From Auanema rhodensis (Eukaryota; Animalia; Nematoda), in contig OZ059896.1 of the NCBI GenBank assembly GCA_964057225.1, positions 7,316,001 to 7,380,000 on the forward strand: a stretch of DNA of 64,000 bases, written 5' to 3'. Under the pieces are notes generated by a model, which made no database searches, was not told the origin of the DNA, and worked only from the letters and a program-made list of their open reading frames with translations. Below are positions 1-13,666 of this stretch, one piece after another. Made by a program: the position numbers and the translations under genes. Each line of letters begins with the position of its first letter. Position 1 is the stretch's first letter.

Positions 1-1069
1 TCGAAAATTCACTTATTTTTCACTTTTTTTCAAAAAAGTGTTGTAAATGCGGTAATTCTCTGATTTCAGAGAATGAAAATGTGTCTAAAACGGTTGAAAT
101 GTCGAAATGGTATTATAAACCCTCGTATATATACTACTAATTATTTTTCAAAAGCAATTACAATATCCATCTGCTATTTCTGAAATTGATTCCCAGGTGA
201 GAATCAAGAAAACAGCTTTGTGCTTCATTGATAATATCAAACATCTGCCATTTGGGAAAATTATCAAACAGATTTTTTTAAAGTAACAATTATTGTCAAC
301 TTATATATATTTTGATGGGAAATATATCATTATATATTATTAACATACGGAAGTTTTCAGATATACTTATATTCCATTTCTCCATCAAATAAGAAAAATA
401 TTTTTGCGAATAACAATAAAGCTCCTGTTTTATAGTTCACTTCCTTTAAAGTATAGTTTTTATAAATATAATTATCTTTTAATTTCATAAACATAAATAA
501 ATCTTGTTTTAAAATTTAATTAATTTTGTTGCAGATAAGTTTACATACATACTTACATAAATAGATTACAAAATCCTAGGAAACATAAGACATGAAAATT
601 AAAATACAGCACTACTGTACACATCTTTGGTATTTGCTTTATATTAAGGAAGATTATTGAAAATAAATATAAAGATGATGACTAGCATAACGTTTTAAAT
701 TAAAACTCGTTTAAAGCTTGAATAATATGAAAGTGCTCATGCGACTGATCTGAGACCATGACAAAAAATAGAAAAAGAAGAAGAATATCACCCGTTTCTT
801 GTATTCTCCAAAAAAGAGACGGATTTTTGAAATTATTTTCTTCAAATAATTGGTACATAATGAAAATGTAACGAATTGTTGATCTTCATGTACATAAATA
901 AATAAATATGAACATTGAAGAGATGAGTTTTTAAAAAATATATATATAACTGCTACTTCAATATATGGCAACTGAGTAATATGCTCATGAGGGAGAAAGA
1001 AGTGAGAATGCATTTTTGACTAGAATAACAATGATTTTGATCATAAAAGTGTTAATTATGAGATGTTAA

Positions 1070-3406
1070 TTATTTGAAAGAAGGACGATTTGTTGAAAAA
1101 TGTGGTCGATGAATAATTCTACGACCTGAAACTAATGGTCTTCGACGAATAGTTAGTTGATCTCGTAAACTTCTTGGAATTGGTAATATATTTATATCCA
1201 ATTGTTTATATGAAGCTACCTGAAATTATTTAAAATTTAGAATAAAATCTTTAAACAACTTGATGAATACCTTAGATAAACATGCGTTCAAAAGTGATTT
1301 AGGATGCATCAAGGAAGCTCGAGAAGCAAGTTCATATTGAGACTGTTGAGCAGTGCTAAAAAGAAAATTATAAACATATCTTATTACTTCATTATGAAAA
1401 AATAATATTTGAAGATGAAGCTCACCTAGAAACCATAGGATATAATGTTTGAGATAAATCAATATCTGTAAATGGTGTTCCAACATATATTCCATTGATA
1501 AAATAGCTTAAACTACGAGTTGGTCCATCAAATAACATTCCAATAACAACACTGAAATATAAGAATTTGAAATAAAAATAAAATAAAAAACAAATCTTAC
1601 TTTTTGGAGTTGCTGAGTGATCGACAAAATGGAAAACTGACTCCTCCATGAAAAGCATATCCATGGTGGTTAATAGCATACGAATTCTTGTCTTCTCCCA
1701 AAATATCAGCAAAAGCTGATGGTAAATATGTCTGTAAAAAGAAAAATATAATATAATACAATATAATATATATATTAAGACGTTATTTTGTTCCTAGACA
1801 ATGATTTTTGATCGAAACAAATAGGAAAATATGCTGTTTCGTCGTTTATTTTTTTAAACAAAAAATTCATTATACGAAAAATGGATTGAAATTTGGGAAG
1901 AAAAACATATAGCATGAAATTATATCGGGATATAGAATATAAAATCGGCTTTTACCGGAATTTTCTTGTTTTTTTCCCAGCTATTTTCTAAAAGATTTTT
2001 GGTTTATAAAACGTAGCATAGTACTTTCACAGAATTGAATTTGAACGGAAATAAACAAATCAAAGATAAAAGAAAAAATGAAAAAGAATTAAATTCATGT
2101 TTCTAATAAATATATGCTGATTAGTCATGGAAAATTTTCATGTGATCCAACACGAGGACGCAAATAATTATGAGAACATATCTATGCTGTTTGGATCAGT
2201 TTCAATAATTGCAAAGATATTTAAGATATGTATATATACATATTCCTATTTCTTTTTTCTTGGAATTGAATAAATATCCAAAAAAACATTTGTTTTTATT
2301 ATTTTTCTTCTGTCTTTTCTAATCCAGTTTCAAGGTACCGGGCCGAAATCTCAGAGAAGCAGGTAATGGGATAAGCTATTCCGGTCAATCGGTCGAACAA
2401 AGAAGTTTGAGCAAATAAGGAAAGATGAGAGAGATAGAAGAGCAGTAATAGAGATGTTAGCAAATGACGAAAGTTTGTATATACTGATGACCTATATGAC
2501 CTTTCGCAATACAAGCAAAAGCAAAGAAAGATATAACATCACTACATGTTATGCTCCATGACTATCAGAACTGAATGTTCTTATTTTCTAATGAAAGAAA
2601 ATAATAGAAGGTTTATACCATCTAAACATTGAAAAGAGAAAGTCAAGCAGATGGTCATGCTGTATCGTTAGCGATTAAGGACCAGTTGAATAACGTAAAG
2701 CAAGAATGAATAGCTTATAAAAGGGAATGGCCATGTGTTCTAGTTCAAAACTGATGACACTTCATCTTAACCACATTCTGTTTAGTTTTCGGGTTTTCTT
2801 TGCAAAGACGAAAGAGGAAAAAAAGAGTCTTTCACACTTGAAGAGCAACGAGAAAGCCATGAATACAGTTCTTCAAAGGGGAAAAAATAAAAAAGTAGCT
2901 TACCCTAGCATTCATGTTTCCAATTCCAAATTGTACTGATGTTCCAAAAATATATCCATGAGCTTTTATCTCCCAATAAGCTGTCACATGTGATGTTAAT
3001 GACTAAAGTAATATAATAAATATTATGACATATATAAGTTATAAAATAAACCTTCATTCCACGGATAGATGCTGTTCCAAAAGCGAACAAAGGATGCAAA
3101 AGGACTCTTGTAACAGTTGGCAGAGCAACTTGAGGTTCTCTCTGAATTCAGATAAGCTTTATTATTAAAATAAATGTTATTGAATACCTTATATCCATCC
3201 ATCCAATGCCAATCATCCTTCAAAAGTTTACTACGATCTGGTATGTCTTTTAAGCCTATCGGGTACACAGTTTCAGTTGGTGACTTCCTGGAGCATCTCT
3301 CATTCACAGGTTTTGGATGATCCATATCAGTAAACGACGATGGTGGTGAAGAATTTGGTGAAGAGGCAGAACTAGAAGAGGAGGATAAGGACGGAAAAAA
3401 AGTCAT
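1070..3406 (-). CDS. SPRY-domain + SOCS-box protein, SPSB3-like (7 exons: 3406-3188, 3141-3052, 3002-2904, 1731-1601, 1551-1426, 1355-1271, 1219-1070)
   Basis: Spliced translation gives DDWHW..VLLHPLFAFGTASIRG..AYWEIKAHGYIFGTSVQFGIG..LGEDKNSYAI..VIGMLFDG..LYPMVSSTAQQS (SPRY, SPSB3-type) followed by SLLNACLSKV..LPIPRSL (SOCS box). All introns are GT-AG with consistent phases; ATG directly follows TTTCAG. Confidence 0.88.
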
Positions 3407-6400
3407 CTGAAAATAACTGAATAATTCTTCCAAACAAGCTAAGAAAAAACAAATAGAAATCATGAAAATAAGTATGAAGGAACAAAAAACCTGAAGGAAT
3501 CAAAACTATGGTCAGTAAATATAATAGCACGTGCTACACCTGATGTTTGATAAGAAAATCAAAAATAGAACAGATAGAAGTAGTAAAATCTAGTAGTCAG
3601 AACAACGTGAATACGCAAACAAAGGAATGATGGTTGATATAGTTAAGATTAAAAGTATAACTTTGCTCAAAATGAAAATTCTGTAAAAACTGACTTAAAT
3701 ATAAGCTCACGAGAGGAGGTTTGGCCTGAGGGAGGGTGGGAGACTTTCAAGCCACCCCAATCAATACACATAGCGCTCTGACAGCCAAAGAAGGCACACT
3801 GAGGATAGAGGGAGAGAGGCTGGGAGGATATGGCTAGATGAATAGATGAAAGGGGAAGTAAGAGAAAGAAATATAGAAAAGAAGAGAGCTAGATGGGAAA
3901 CGAGAAGTAGTGAGAGAGCTGCTAGTAAACCGTGTAGTTTATTGAACAGGATGCTTCTATATATACATACATGGGTATGAGAGGTTGACGGAAGTGTGTG
4001 ATTGTAACAATTCAGTACTACAGGTTTGAGAAGAAAAATAGCAATGAAGCCATTTTTTCTCCATGCAGTTCTCTTTCCTTCCTACACAAATCCTGAGAAG
4101 ATGAATAGATTATAGGAGAGATATAGAACGTATAATAGATATTCATTCATATGTATAGCAGCTTTGTTATGCTAGAAATAATATTTTGACTAACTAAACA
4201 TCAAACTATGATCATTGAGATGAAATTTAGAAAAAAATCTCTTGTTATTAATATTTTTTATTGGAAAATGAGCAGCAAAAAGGTTAAAGAAAAAAATGAG
4301 AAACTTAATCAATATTACGAAAAATTAGAAAAGAGAACGAAATATTGGATTAATCTGTATACATAAGGTACCAAAACATCTATAAAACTAAACGTTCGAA
4401 TAGAAAAAAGTAAATCTTATTGACGAGAAATAATTATGTAAGCTATGACCTCAAAAAGAAAAGGAAGTACATAAGAATTACCATGTAAGCTTAAGGAATT
4501 TTCAATATTTATAGTTAATAAAGCAATAGAGTATACAAAGAACAATGAGGAACTAGTTATATACAAAGTATGCTTGAAACACACAATGTACTATAAGGTT
4601 GAATAATGTTTATGAGCTGTCTAGAGATCCATAGAGTTCATCCATGTTCTCTTACCTCATCTAATCCAACAACTAATGAATGATAAATGATAAATTGAAT
4701 TACATACAATTGAAATACTAAGTTTTAAGAATAGATGTTAGGAATGAAAACTATTTTACAAAATAAGTTGAAAAATCAAAGAATAGAGTGGGAAGACGTT
4801 TAAGAGGATAGGCTAGCAATATGCGAATAGGGTGGGGCACGATAGTAAACGAAGATGTACAGCAAGAAGGTGCCTGTTTGCTCTCAGACGGTCAAAAGAA
4901 GACAGACAGACGTGCAAGACAGAGCTTTCTGACGAGGGCGACCGACCCTTTCCCTCTACCCTCTCTTTCACTCGACATCGTCCTCATCATGAGGTTGGGA
5001 AGATAGGTACAAGAAGGAGAAGACGAGTGCGAAGATGAGCGAGAAAACGAAATGAAGAACAACAAAAAGATTAAATAAAACTGAGAGAGAAAAGAATTCA
5101 ATCGAATAGTTCCATTGACATGCATTTCAAAATATCTTTTTATAGAATTAAACAATTGTCTTTCATGTTGTATTTGTGGAAAAACATATAATCTCTCTTT
5201 TTCAATCTTTGAGTGTATATATTATGATATTATAGGGTTCAAAATCATGATTCTAGCTATGAAACACTGTTGTTACATAGTATTCTTAGATTCAGATATC
5301 TTTAAAGTTATTTTTATAAGTATATGTATATCATTTTACTATTTGAGTTGCATATAGATGTTAGAATAAGAGAGAATGTCGTGAACCTAAGGAGGATATA
5401 TGAATGAAAACTACGGCATATTTCTGTTATTTGAATTACATCATAGACTAAAAACAAAAGTACATTTTTAAATTGATAAATGACAATTATTTTGTTGATA
5501 TCTGTTGAAAGCTTAAAAATGAAATTCATGTTGTGAAACGAAAATCATTGAAAGTAGTACCATTAATGGTCTTCAAAAGTTAATTGTAAGAAAATAATAA
5601 TTGAGATCATATGTAGATGAGAAAATCGAATTTTTCTTGGAATAAAACTTTTTGATTCACATGAGCATGAAAACGAATGTCAAAGAACGATGGACAATGA
5701 AAAGAAGAAAAAAGGAAAAATTTAATGAACGGATGGCAAAATGAACAGCATTCGAGTATCAAACTGATTGTATAGATAGCTTTATATAAATAAAATGTTC
5801 CAATGAAGTATTCTCATATAGTAAAGTACATTCAAAATGAAAGTATTTATCTGGGCTTCATTCAATATACTATGAATAGCTCAGATAGACTCCATAGATG
5901 AGATGTACCCATTATATTTCATAGTACTTAAAGAACAACAAGCAGAAAATAGATAAAAAGATAACTATGAAATTCAGTAGCAACATCATAGGTATTCAAA
6001 CATATACATATTTGAATGATTAAAGATACAAAGATGAAACGTCAAGAAATTAAAGAAGAAGAAATTAAAATTAATAAAATTGAATATTAAGATAGAAAAA
6101 TAAGAAAAGAAGTATAAAGTACATTGAATGTTAAATTAAAAAATGGATATAAATATTTCTAAGAATATTACGATATAGCTTGACAAATTGTCAAAAATAT
6201 GCGTAAAGAATAATCTAAAAATGCCGTAAAGTTCAGAAGCAAGATCTACGAATCTACGTCCTAACTCATTCAGCATATAATCTCAATTGGTCTTGTAAAG
6301 TACATATTTTACTTTGAACTTTTCGTTCAACAAAGTAAAAGCATTGCTTGAAAGCCATGATTCTGATGAGATCAGAAAGAATAAATGAAGACGTCATTGT

Positions 6401-7375
6401 GCACGAAATCCCAGTGATTGTGGATGAATGACCGGATAAAGAGGGTTAGCAGAGGTCAGCAGAGGCTAACTGTCGTCAGTAGCCCAGAAGAGCAGCTGGC
6501 CATTCCCTCAATCAATCCAAACCGCACAACGACTCACACGTCCCATTCTCTTCATCCATTTCTCTTTGACTGTCTCACGGTCTCTCATCTATCATTATGT
6601 TCTACCATACTATCTTGCACACGTTCAGTAATCTACACACGCTAGTGGCTAGACCCCCAAACTGTCCAGATGTACATTCTCAATACTCCTCCATTAAGAT
6701 AATAGAACTGCAGATGGCCGAGACGAAGAAATATTAGATCAAAACCTTTCAATCCAGGTCTCAGTCCACAAATGGCCAGACGGACAGCAGTCATATATGG
6801 GCTCAGTCCTGTAAACCTTTAACTAAGTATTAATAAATGACCTTTCCGTCAATGTTATTCTTCAAAAAAAAAAATAATTATGCTGAATGAGAGCAACATG
6901 CCAGAGAAAATATGTCATCAGAAAATCTGGTGTGATGTACAGCTGATTTCTAGACAACAACAATAAAATTTTCTATAAGGAATTGCAGAGCGTATGAATG
7001 CTTTAAATGGATAATAGAACGAGTTTTGTTAAAAAAAGAACTTCACATATCACATGAGGAAATATAATGATATGATAAACTTATTTAATGAATTATATCA
7101 CAATATTGTATTTATGCCAATATGAAAGAGCATTCTTAGTTGAAACATATGAAACCTATATCTATTCTGGGTGGGAACATCAGCTGGTTAACATCGGTTT
7201 CTACTACTACTTCTACAACTATCTCTAAGAACGGATCTAACGAGTATTACAGTCTTTTTTACTGCCCACAAAAACTCAAATAAATCAGAGTACTGACCAA
7301 AACTGAACAGTTTAAAAGAAGCCAACTGTTCTTCCAGATTTAGTTCTAATTTAGATATTCTATTGAGGGAAAAAG

Positions 7376-7606
7376 TTGCGCGCGCAAACATTCCATTTCA
7401 AAGTTTGATACTATTTAAACGTTTTTATGTTGTACACGATAGTGATACTTCAAAAAATTTCAAAACTATTAGTTGTGAATATTTATTCTCTAATAGTACA
7501 GAATATTTAGTTATTTTCTGTTTTTCTAATAAAAAATATTATCAAACCCCACAAATGTCAAAAGTTCGCGCCCGATATAATCGCATCGCTTATGAAATTG
7601 CGCGTT
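7376..7606 (+). promoter_or_regulatory. CGCG-rich proximal promoter of PrimPol with an E2F/DP-type site
   Basis: TTGCGCGCGCAA palindrome 7376-7387, TTCGCGCC 7565-7572 and TTGCGCG near 7598, in otherwise CpG-poor DNA 125-350 nt upstream of the ATG. Confidence 0.5.
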
Positions 7607-7729
7607 TTAAATATCAAATTGCCATCAATATGTTCGTTTTATTGTATTTAAAAGATTAAGCAACATCTACTGTTTCTTATCCATTGTTATTATGAAAACC
7701 TGCATAGATTGTAAAACTGTTTTAGAGAC

Positions 7730-9586
7730 ATGGATGATGGGGTGGATTGGTTTTACGGTTCATCAGCAAAAAGAAAAAGAAACGGGGATGATTCAGATGA
7801 TTCTTTTGAAAACGAAGGAAGTATTAAGATTTCCAAGGTATTTAATTTTGTTTAAAAAGATATTTCACTTTTTGTAGATATCAACAACTCCAAAACGTGA
7901 TTCATTAGTTGAGCTAAGCTTAGGCTGTTTTGAAACATTTCCTAAGCAGAGACTTGCTGTGGAATTTATGCTTGCATCTGAATCATTGAATAAAAATCTT
8001 CGTGTATTCAGTTATGAGTTATCAGGGAAAGGAGGTTTGTTCTTTTCCATAAAATTGACGGAATATTTATTTTCCAGAGGGTGAACGACGTTATTTAGTG
8101 ACTACTCTTTCACGCTTTTGGGTTTGGTATTCAGGACGAACTGATAAACATATGTATGAACTTCTATATGAAGGACATCCTTGCCGATTGTACTTTGATT
8201 TGGAATTCTCGAAAGAATCTAATCCTGATGCCAATGAAAAAGTTCATTTTATATTCTAAAATCACTTAATATTTTACCTTTCAGGATCTATTCGATCATT
8301 TTTGTAGAACTGTTCAATTAGTATTGAAAGAAATATTTTCAATTGATATTAATCCCAAAAAGGTTTTAATTTACTCATTTGAGCTTTTATTTTGTCTTTT
8401 TTTTCAGAACTTTTTGGTTCTTGATTCTTCTTCGGAAACTAAATACTCTGCTCATGTGATTTGTCATTTTAATGATGGCAGCCTTTTTCCTAATTCGGTT
8501 TTATTCCAATATAAAAGAGAAAATACATTAATTGTTTAGGCATCATTAAAAAGTGTTTGTAATATACTTCTTGAAAAAATTAAAATAGATGTCCCTCATA
8601 AACTCCTTGATCCAACAGGAACTAAGGTAGATCCAAAAAAAATTTTTTTTAATTTCTAGTTAAGGAAGTGCCTATTTTTGATCCTGCTGTTTACACCAAA
8701 AACAGAAACTTTCGTTTATTTTTATCTTCTAAACTAGGTAAAGATAGAGTTTTACGGAGATCAAGCCTTTGTCAATTCTATGGTAACGATGGTTTTATTT
8801 TCCTTAAACACTGAAGAATCTAGGTGAACGACAGCCCAAAGATGAAACTATTTACTATGATTCTCTTTGTGTTCCTGAAAACTTTAAGAAGTATCCCATT
8901 ATATCCATGAGTGATTTTCTTCCTGAGGATCCAGTTACTAAAAGTTTTCTTAAACTTTGTTTCTTCTGCAATGCTCAAGTTTATAGAAATAGGGAATTCC
9001 TCAAAGTTAGAATCTGTTCAAGAAGGATGTGGCCCTAGTCCTTATCCTTTATTAGATGACTTCTTACTTATGATTTTGAGAAAATGGAAATCTACAGCAT
9101 ATTTCCGTCAATGGAAAATTAGTAATATTGATGGAAAACCAGAGACTATAACTTATTATGTATGTATAAAACTCGTTTACAAAGAATATTCATTTTTAGC
9201 CTGCGAATTGTCGATATTGCTTTAATATCAACAGAGAACATAAGAGTAATGGAACATACTGGGTTGTGAACTTCAAAAGGTAAAATCCATTTCATGATTT
9301 AAATTATATTTAACATTTTTTTGTAGTGGCAGCTTTTTTCAAAAATGTTTTGACATTGAATGTAAAGGATTTTCTTCAAACATATTTCCACTTCCCGACA
9401 TAATACAGGCAACGTTTAGTAAGTATAATATTTGGTGGCTCGTTATATATTACTCTTCCAGAAAACGATGAATCTACGAACTCCAATGATTCTTTCGATA
9501 GTGCTAGTGGGAATATTTCATTCTTAGACGACAATAAGGAAATTTATGATTATTTTACAAATTGGGACGAGGTGTTTGAGTCCTAA
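7730..9586 (+). CDS. PRIMPOL: DNA-directed primase/polymerase PrimPol (CCDC111), multi-exon
   Basis: AEP motifs PCRLYFDLEF (DxE), KYSAH (SxH) and FDPAVYTKNRNFRL; PSPYP; UL52-like Zn finger CRYCFNINREHKSN...FQKCFDIECKGF; acidic C-terminal tail; stop TAA ending at 9586. Confidence 0.93.
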
Positions 9587-10247
9587 TTACGCGTCTATTT
9601 TTCTTTGTTTTTTCTTTAATCAGCATATATTAGCAATTAGAAAATATTTTCACATATGCAACTTTTTTTTAAATTTGCTGTTCAAAATTTATTGTCATTT
9701 TACAGTTCTGCCAGCAATTGCCTTGTTTGTTTGACTAGACTGCAATGATAGAAGTTCAAGCAATGTATATATATATATTTTTCAGAAAATAATTTCAAAA
9801 TAAGCAAATTTACAATTGGCCTGTAAAGAAATGTAATCTAAAAAAACATAGAAAATCGATAAATATAGTTATGTGTAATGCTCAAACGCGAATTTCTTCT
9901 GCTGATGTGTATGTGTCTTTCGCTCTCTCACTTCTATGTGTTGTGTTGTGTTGTTCGAGAGGGTGGCAGTTCGATGGCGCTTCTTGATAACTTTACATTT
10001 TGCAGTTTAAATTAATATAATCACTTTCTTTACAATTCGTTTTTTCATTATCTCATATAGTTTATACCTGAAAACACATTTGCTTGCTAAGCAGTGGTTT
10101 TCTATCTTGTTGTTTGTGAGCGATTTACATTCTTCACTCTGCGTCTCTTGTTTAATGTATTTTCTCTTTTTTTATTTGGTATATGTATCTGTTTGTTATA
10201 TGTACAGTTTAGTTTTCATGTGATATTACAATATTGCTTTCAGCAGA

Positions 10248-12763
10248 ATGAGTGGTAATATGTCTGCAGATTTCAATAACTTGAGCAGCGAAGTAAGTTT
10301 TTAAACTGTTCACGTGCCAGGAATATCGATTATCGATACCTCCTCTTAATGATTTTACTTTGTTTTTACATATGCATAACACCAACTACTGAACGATTAC
10401 AACGCAAACATCACATACTATTTTGTACTTATTCAGGACGAAAATGGTACTACTCCTGTAGAAATTGTGGGACCACATGCTGTTCGGGTGGTTCAAGTTG
10501 TTGAGGGAAAAGAACATTCATTTGAACTTGCTACTGCTGCTCTTGAAAAAATATTGTTGAATCCTAAAGTCATTGATAAAAAAGTATGTTGAAATACTAA
10601 GTATTTCTCAATATGATATGATCATTAAGGTAGCGGTTATTGGAGTAGCTGGAGCTTATCGTAAAGGAAAGAGTTTCTTGCTCAATTTCTTTTTGAGATA
10701 TTTGCAATGGAGAGGACAACGTATGTTTTTTTTGTAATATAACAATGATATATTCTGAAAATTAATTAGATCCCGATGATTTGGGCAGTGAGTGGTTATC
10801 TGAGGATAAACCCCTTGTTGGCTTTTCTTGGAGAGGAGGTTCTGAAAGGGATACAAATGGTATCCTCATCTGGAGTTCCCCTTTTATTCTTAAAGATAAA
10901 AATGGGGAAGATGTGAGTTTGAGAAAATACTTCAAAAATTAATTTCACCTTAAGGTTGTTGTACTTCTTATGGATACTCAAGGAGCTTTTGACTCTCAAT
11001 CAACCGTAAAGGACTGTGCTACCATCTTCGCTCTTTCTACAATGATCTCTTCAATCCAGGTAACATTGTTTTCCATGGATCTTTTAATGTTTTTGTATTA
11101 GATTTATAACATTTCCCAAAATATTCAAGAAGATGACCTGCAACATCTTCAATTATTCACAGAGTATGGCCGTTTGGCTCAAGAAGAGAATTCAAGTGCT
11201 GCTTTCCAGGTAGTTTATTTGATTCCTCTTTGAATAATTTTTTCTGTTCAGAAACTTATGTTCTTGGTACGTGATTGGGCTTTCCCTTATGAGGCTGAAT
11301 ATGGATTCAGTGGTGGACAAAGAATATTGGAGAAAAGATTAGAGGTTTTTTTTTAAATTTCTGTTGTCTATATTATAAACTATGTATTAGGTTTCGGAAA
11401 AGCAACATCCTGAGCTCCAACAACTTCGTAGACATATTAAGAGCTGTTTCTCTGAGATCAATAGTTTCTTAATGCCTCACCCTGGATTAAAAATCGCCAC
11501 TAACCCAGCTTTTGATGGCAAACTTACAGGTTAATTTACTTCATATAGTTTGTGTTTATTGTGATGTTCAGAGATTGAAGCTGAATTCAAGCAACAACTT
11601 GCCATTCTTGTACCTCGCCTTCTTGATTCTAACAATATTGTTGTTAAGGAAATCAATAAGCACAAGATCACATGTCGTGAATTATTAGAGTATTTCAAGG
11701 TTTTTATACTCTGAATCACTTTTACTAATTTTATTTTAGGCTTACGTTAAAGTATTCCAAGGAGATGATCTTCCTGAACCAAAAACCATGCTTAGCGTTA
11801 GTATTCTTTATCTTTATTATTTTTGTTTTCACATTTATTTATATTTATATTTACAATACTAATATGATATTTAGGCTACTGCTGAAGCTAACAATCTGGC
11901 CGCTGTTGCCAATGCTCGTGCATTATACGACAAAAAAATGGAAGAGGTATTTGTTATAATTTTAAGTTTGAAACTTGTATCTTATTCTAGGTATGTGGAG
12001 GTGATACCCCATACATGAGCACTAGTGAACTTAACAATGAACATGAAAGATGCAAAGTAAGATTTAGATATTAAATATTAAATTCTGAATTGCTTTAAAG
12101 GTTGAAGCTATCCGAGCCTTCCGTGACGCTCGGAAAATGGGTGGTGTTGACTTCAGTTTAGTTTTCTTGGAGCAATTGGAACAGAACTTAGCTGTAAATT
12201 TATATTTTCTGGTTATGTTGCAACTAAAATATTCAAATTAAGGACTCTTTCGAGAAATATATCAAGGTTAACAACGGAAAGAATTTGTTCAAGTCTATGA
12301 GAACCCCCTCTTGCTTGGTTGTTATTATGATTATAAATTACGTTATGCAAGAGTTCTTCCAATTAATCGGATTGGATGCAATTGCTGGTAATTAATCATT
12401 TAGCATTTTTTATCATTTTCACATCTTTACAGGAATTTTCTCTTCTGTTCTGTTTATCATAATTCTCGCATTATCTGTATGGGCTTACTCTAGATATTCT
12501 GGTAATTTCCGTGAGGCTGGCGGATGGGTATTAACTTCATGTTGAAGATTAAAATTAAGAACAATATTTTAAGATTGATGATGCTGTTACTTCTATCTGG
12601 GTCAATTTTATTTCTCCAAACTCTGGAAAACTTGGTGCTCTTGGAGGGGCTATTCAACTGTCGGACACCATCACCGTAACTTCTTATATATTGATTACTT
12701 AGTTAACAATTTTTGTTTCAGAACAGTGGTAGGACTTCTTTTAACGATCGTAAAGATCAATGA
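10248..12763 (+). CDS. atln-1: Atlastin ER-fusion GTPase (~17 coding exons)
   Basis: P-loop [51 protein letters not shown], two closely spaced C-terminal hydrophobic segments; exon phases are consistent. Confidence 0.95.
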
Positions 12764-13666
12764 TTTGCCTCTGATTTTATTTCTTATTGTGATTTTTTTC
12801 ACTGCCATGGACAATTACAGCTTATTTTTCTCTAACATCAAGTTTCATGTCATTATTACATTTGTTTTACAAGCCTTATCTAGTTAATGTTTTTTGTAAC
12901 TTAGATTCTTCTAGATTCTCCTTATTTTGGCTTGAACCAAAAATTTGTTAAATTTTGTAGAAAAGTTTTACTTTACTGGGTATAACTAAAAATATTTCAA
13001 CCAAAGCCGGTTGTTTCTTTTGCAATGCAATGTCAATTTCAATGTCCGTTGTGCTAATTTTAAAATAGTCAGTTTGATATAAATATGAATATTACTCTAT
13101 GTGCTAATCAAATTGTTAAAACATAACATGTTAAGAGAGACATTTAAGATTTCAAAAGAAACCCAAACTTCTGGAGTTTGAAAGATTATATTCACACAAA
13201 TCTGATTTTCATGTTTCCAATTTCTAATTCACATCATAAATTTATTTTTAATGTAATGTTTTTCAGAACTAAATTGTTAATTTCAATTACCATTCTAACA
13301 CGATTTCTGATTTAACTATCATCTAATCATTTTCAGATTTCAAAGTAATGCTTATATAAGTTTTATTAATTATTTTGGTCAAATAATATGTAAGAAAATG
13401 AAATAATATTTGTTTTTAAGAATAACTATAGTAGAAAATGGATAAATACATGAAATATCACAGGTTCACCGGTCCATATAGGGACGTCAGCTATAGTATG
13501 GCTTGAATTGGCAAGACTTGTTCAAGATGTGACACATAGTATTGCTTTTGTACAACAAAAAAAAATAAAAAGGAAAAGAAGAGGAAACTACGACAAAGAA
13601 AATAAACATTTGACAATACATTAGCTTTTCAGAAATGAGAAGAGTTTTCATGTAAAAATATGTAAA

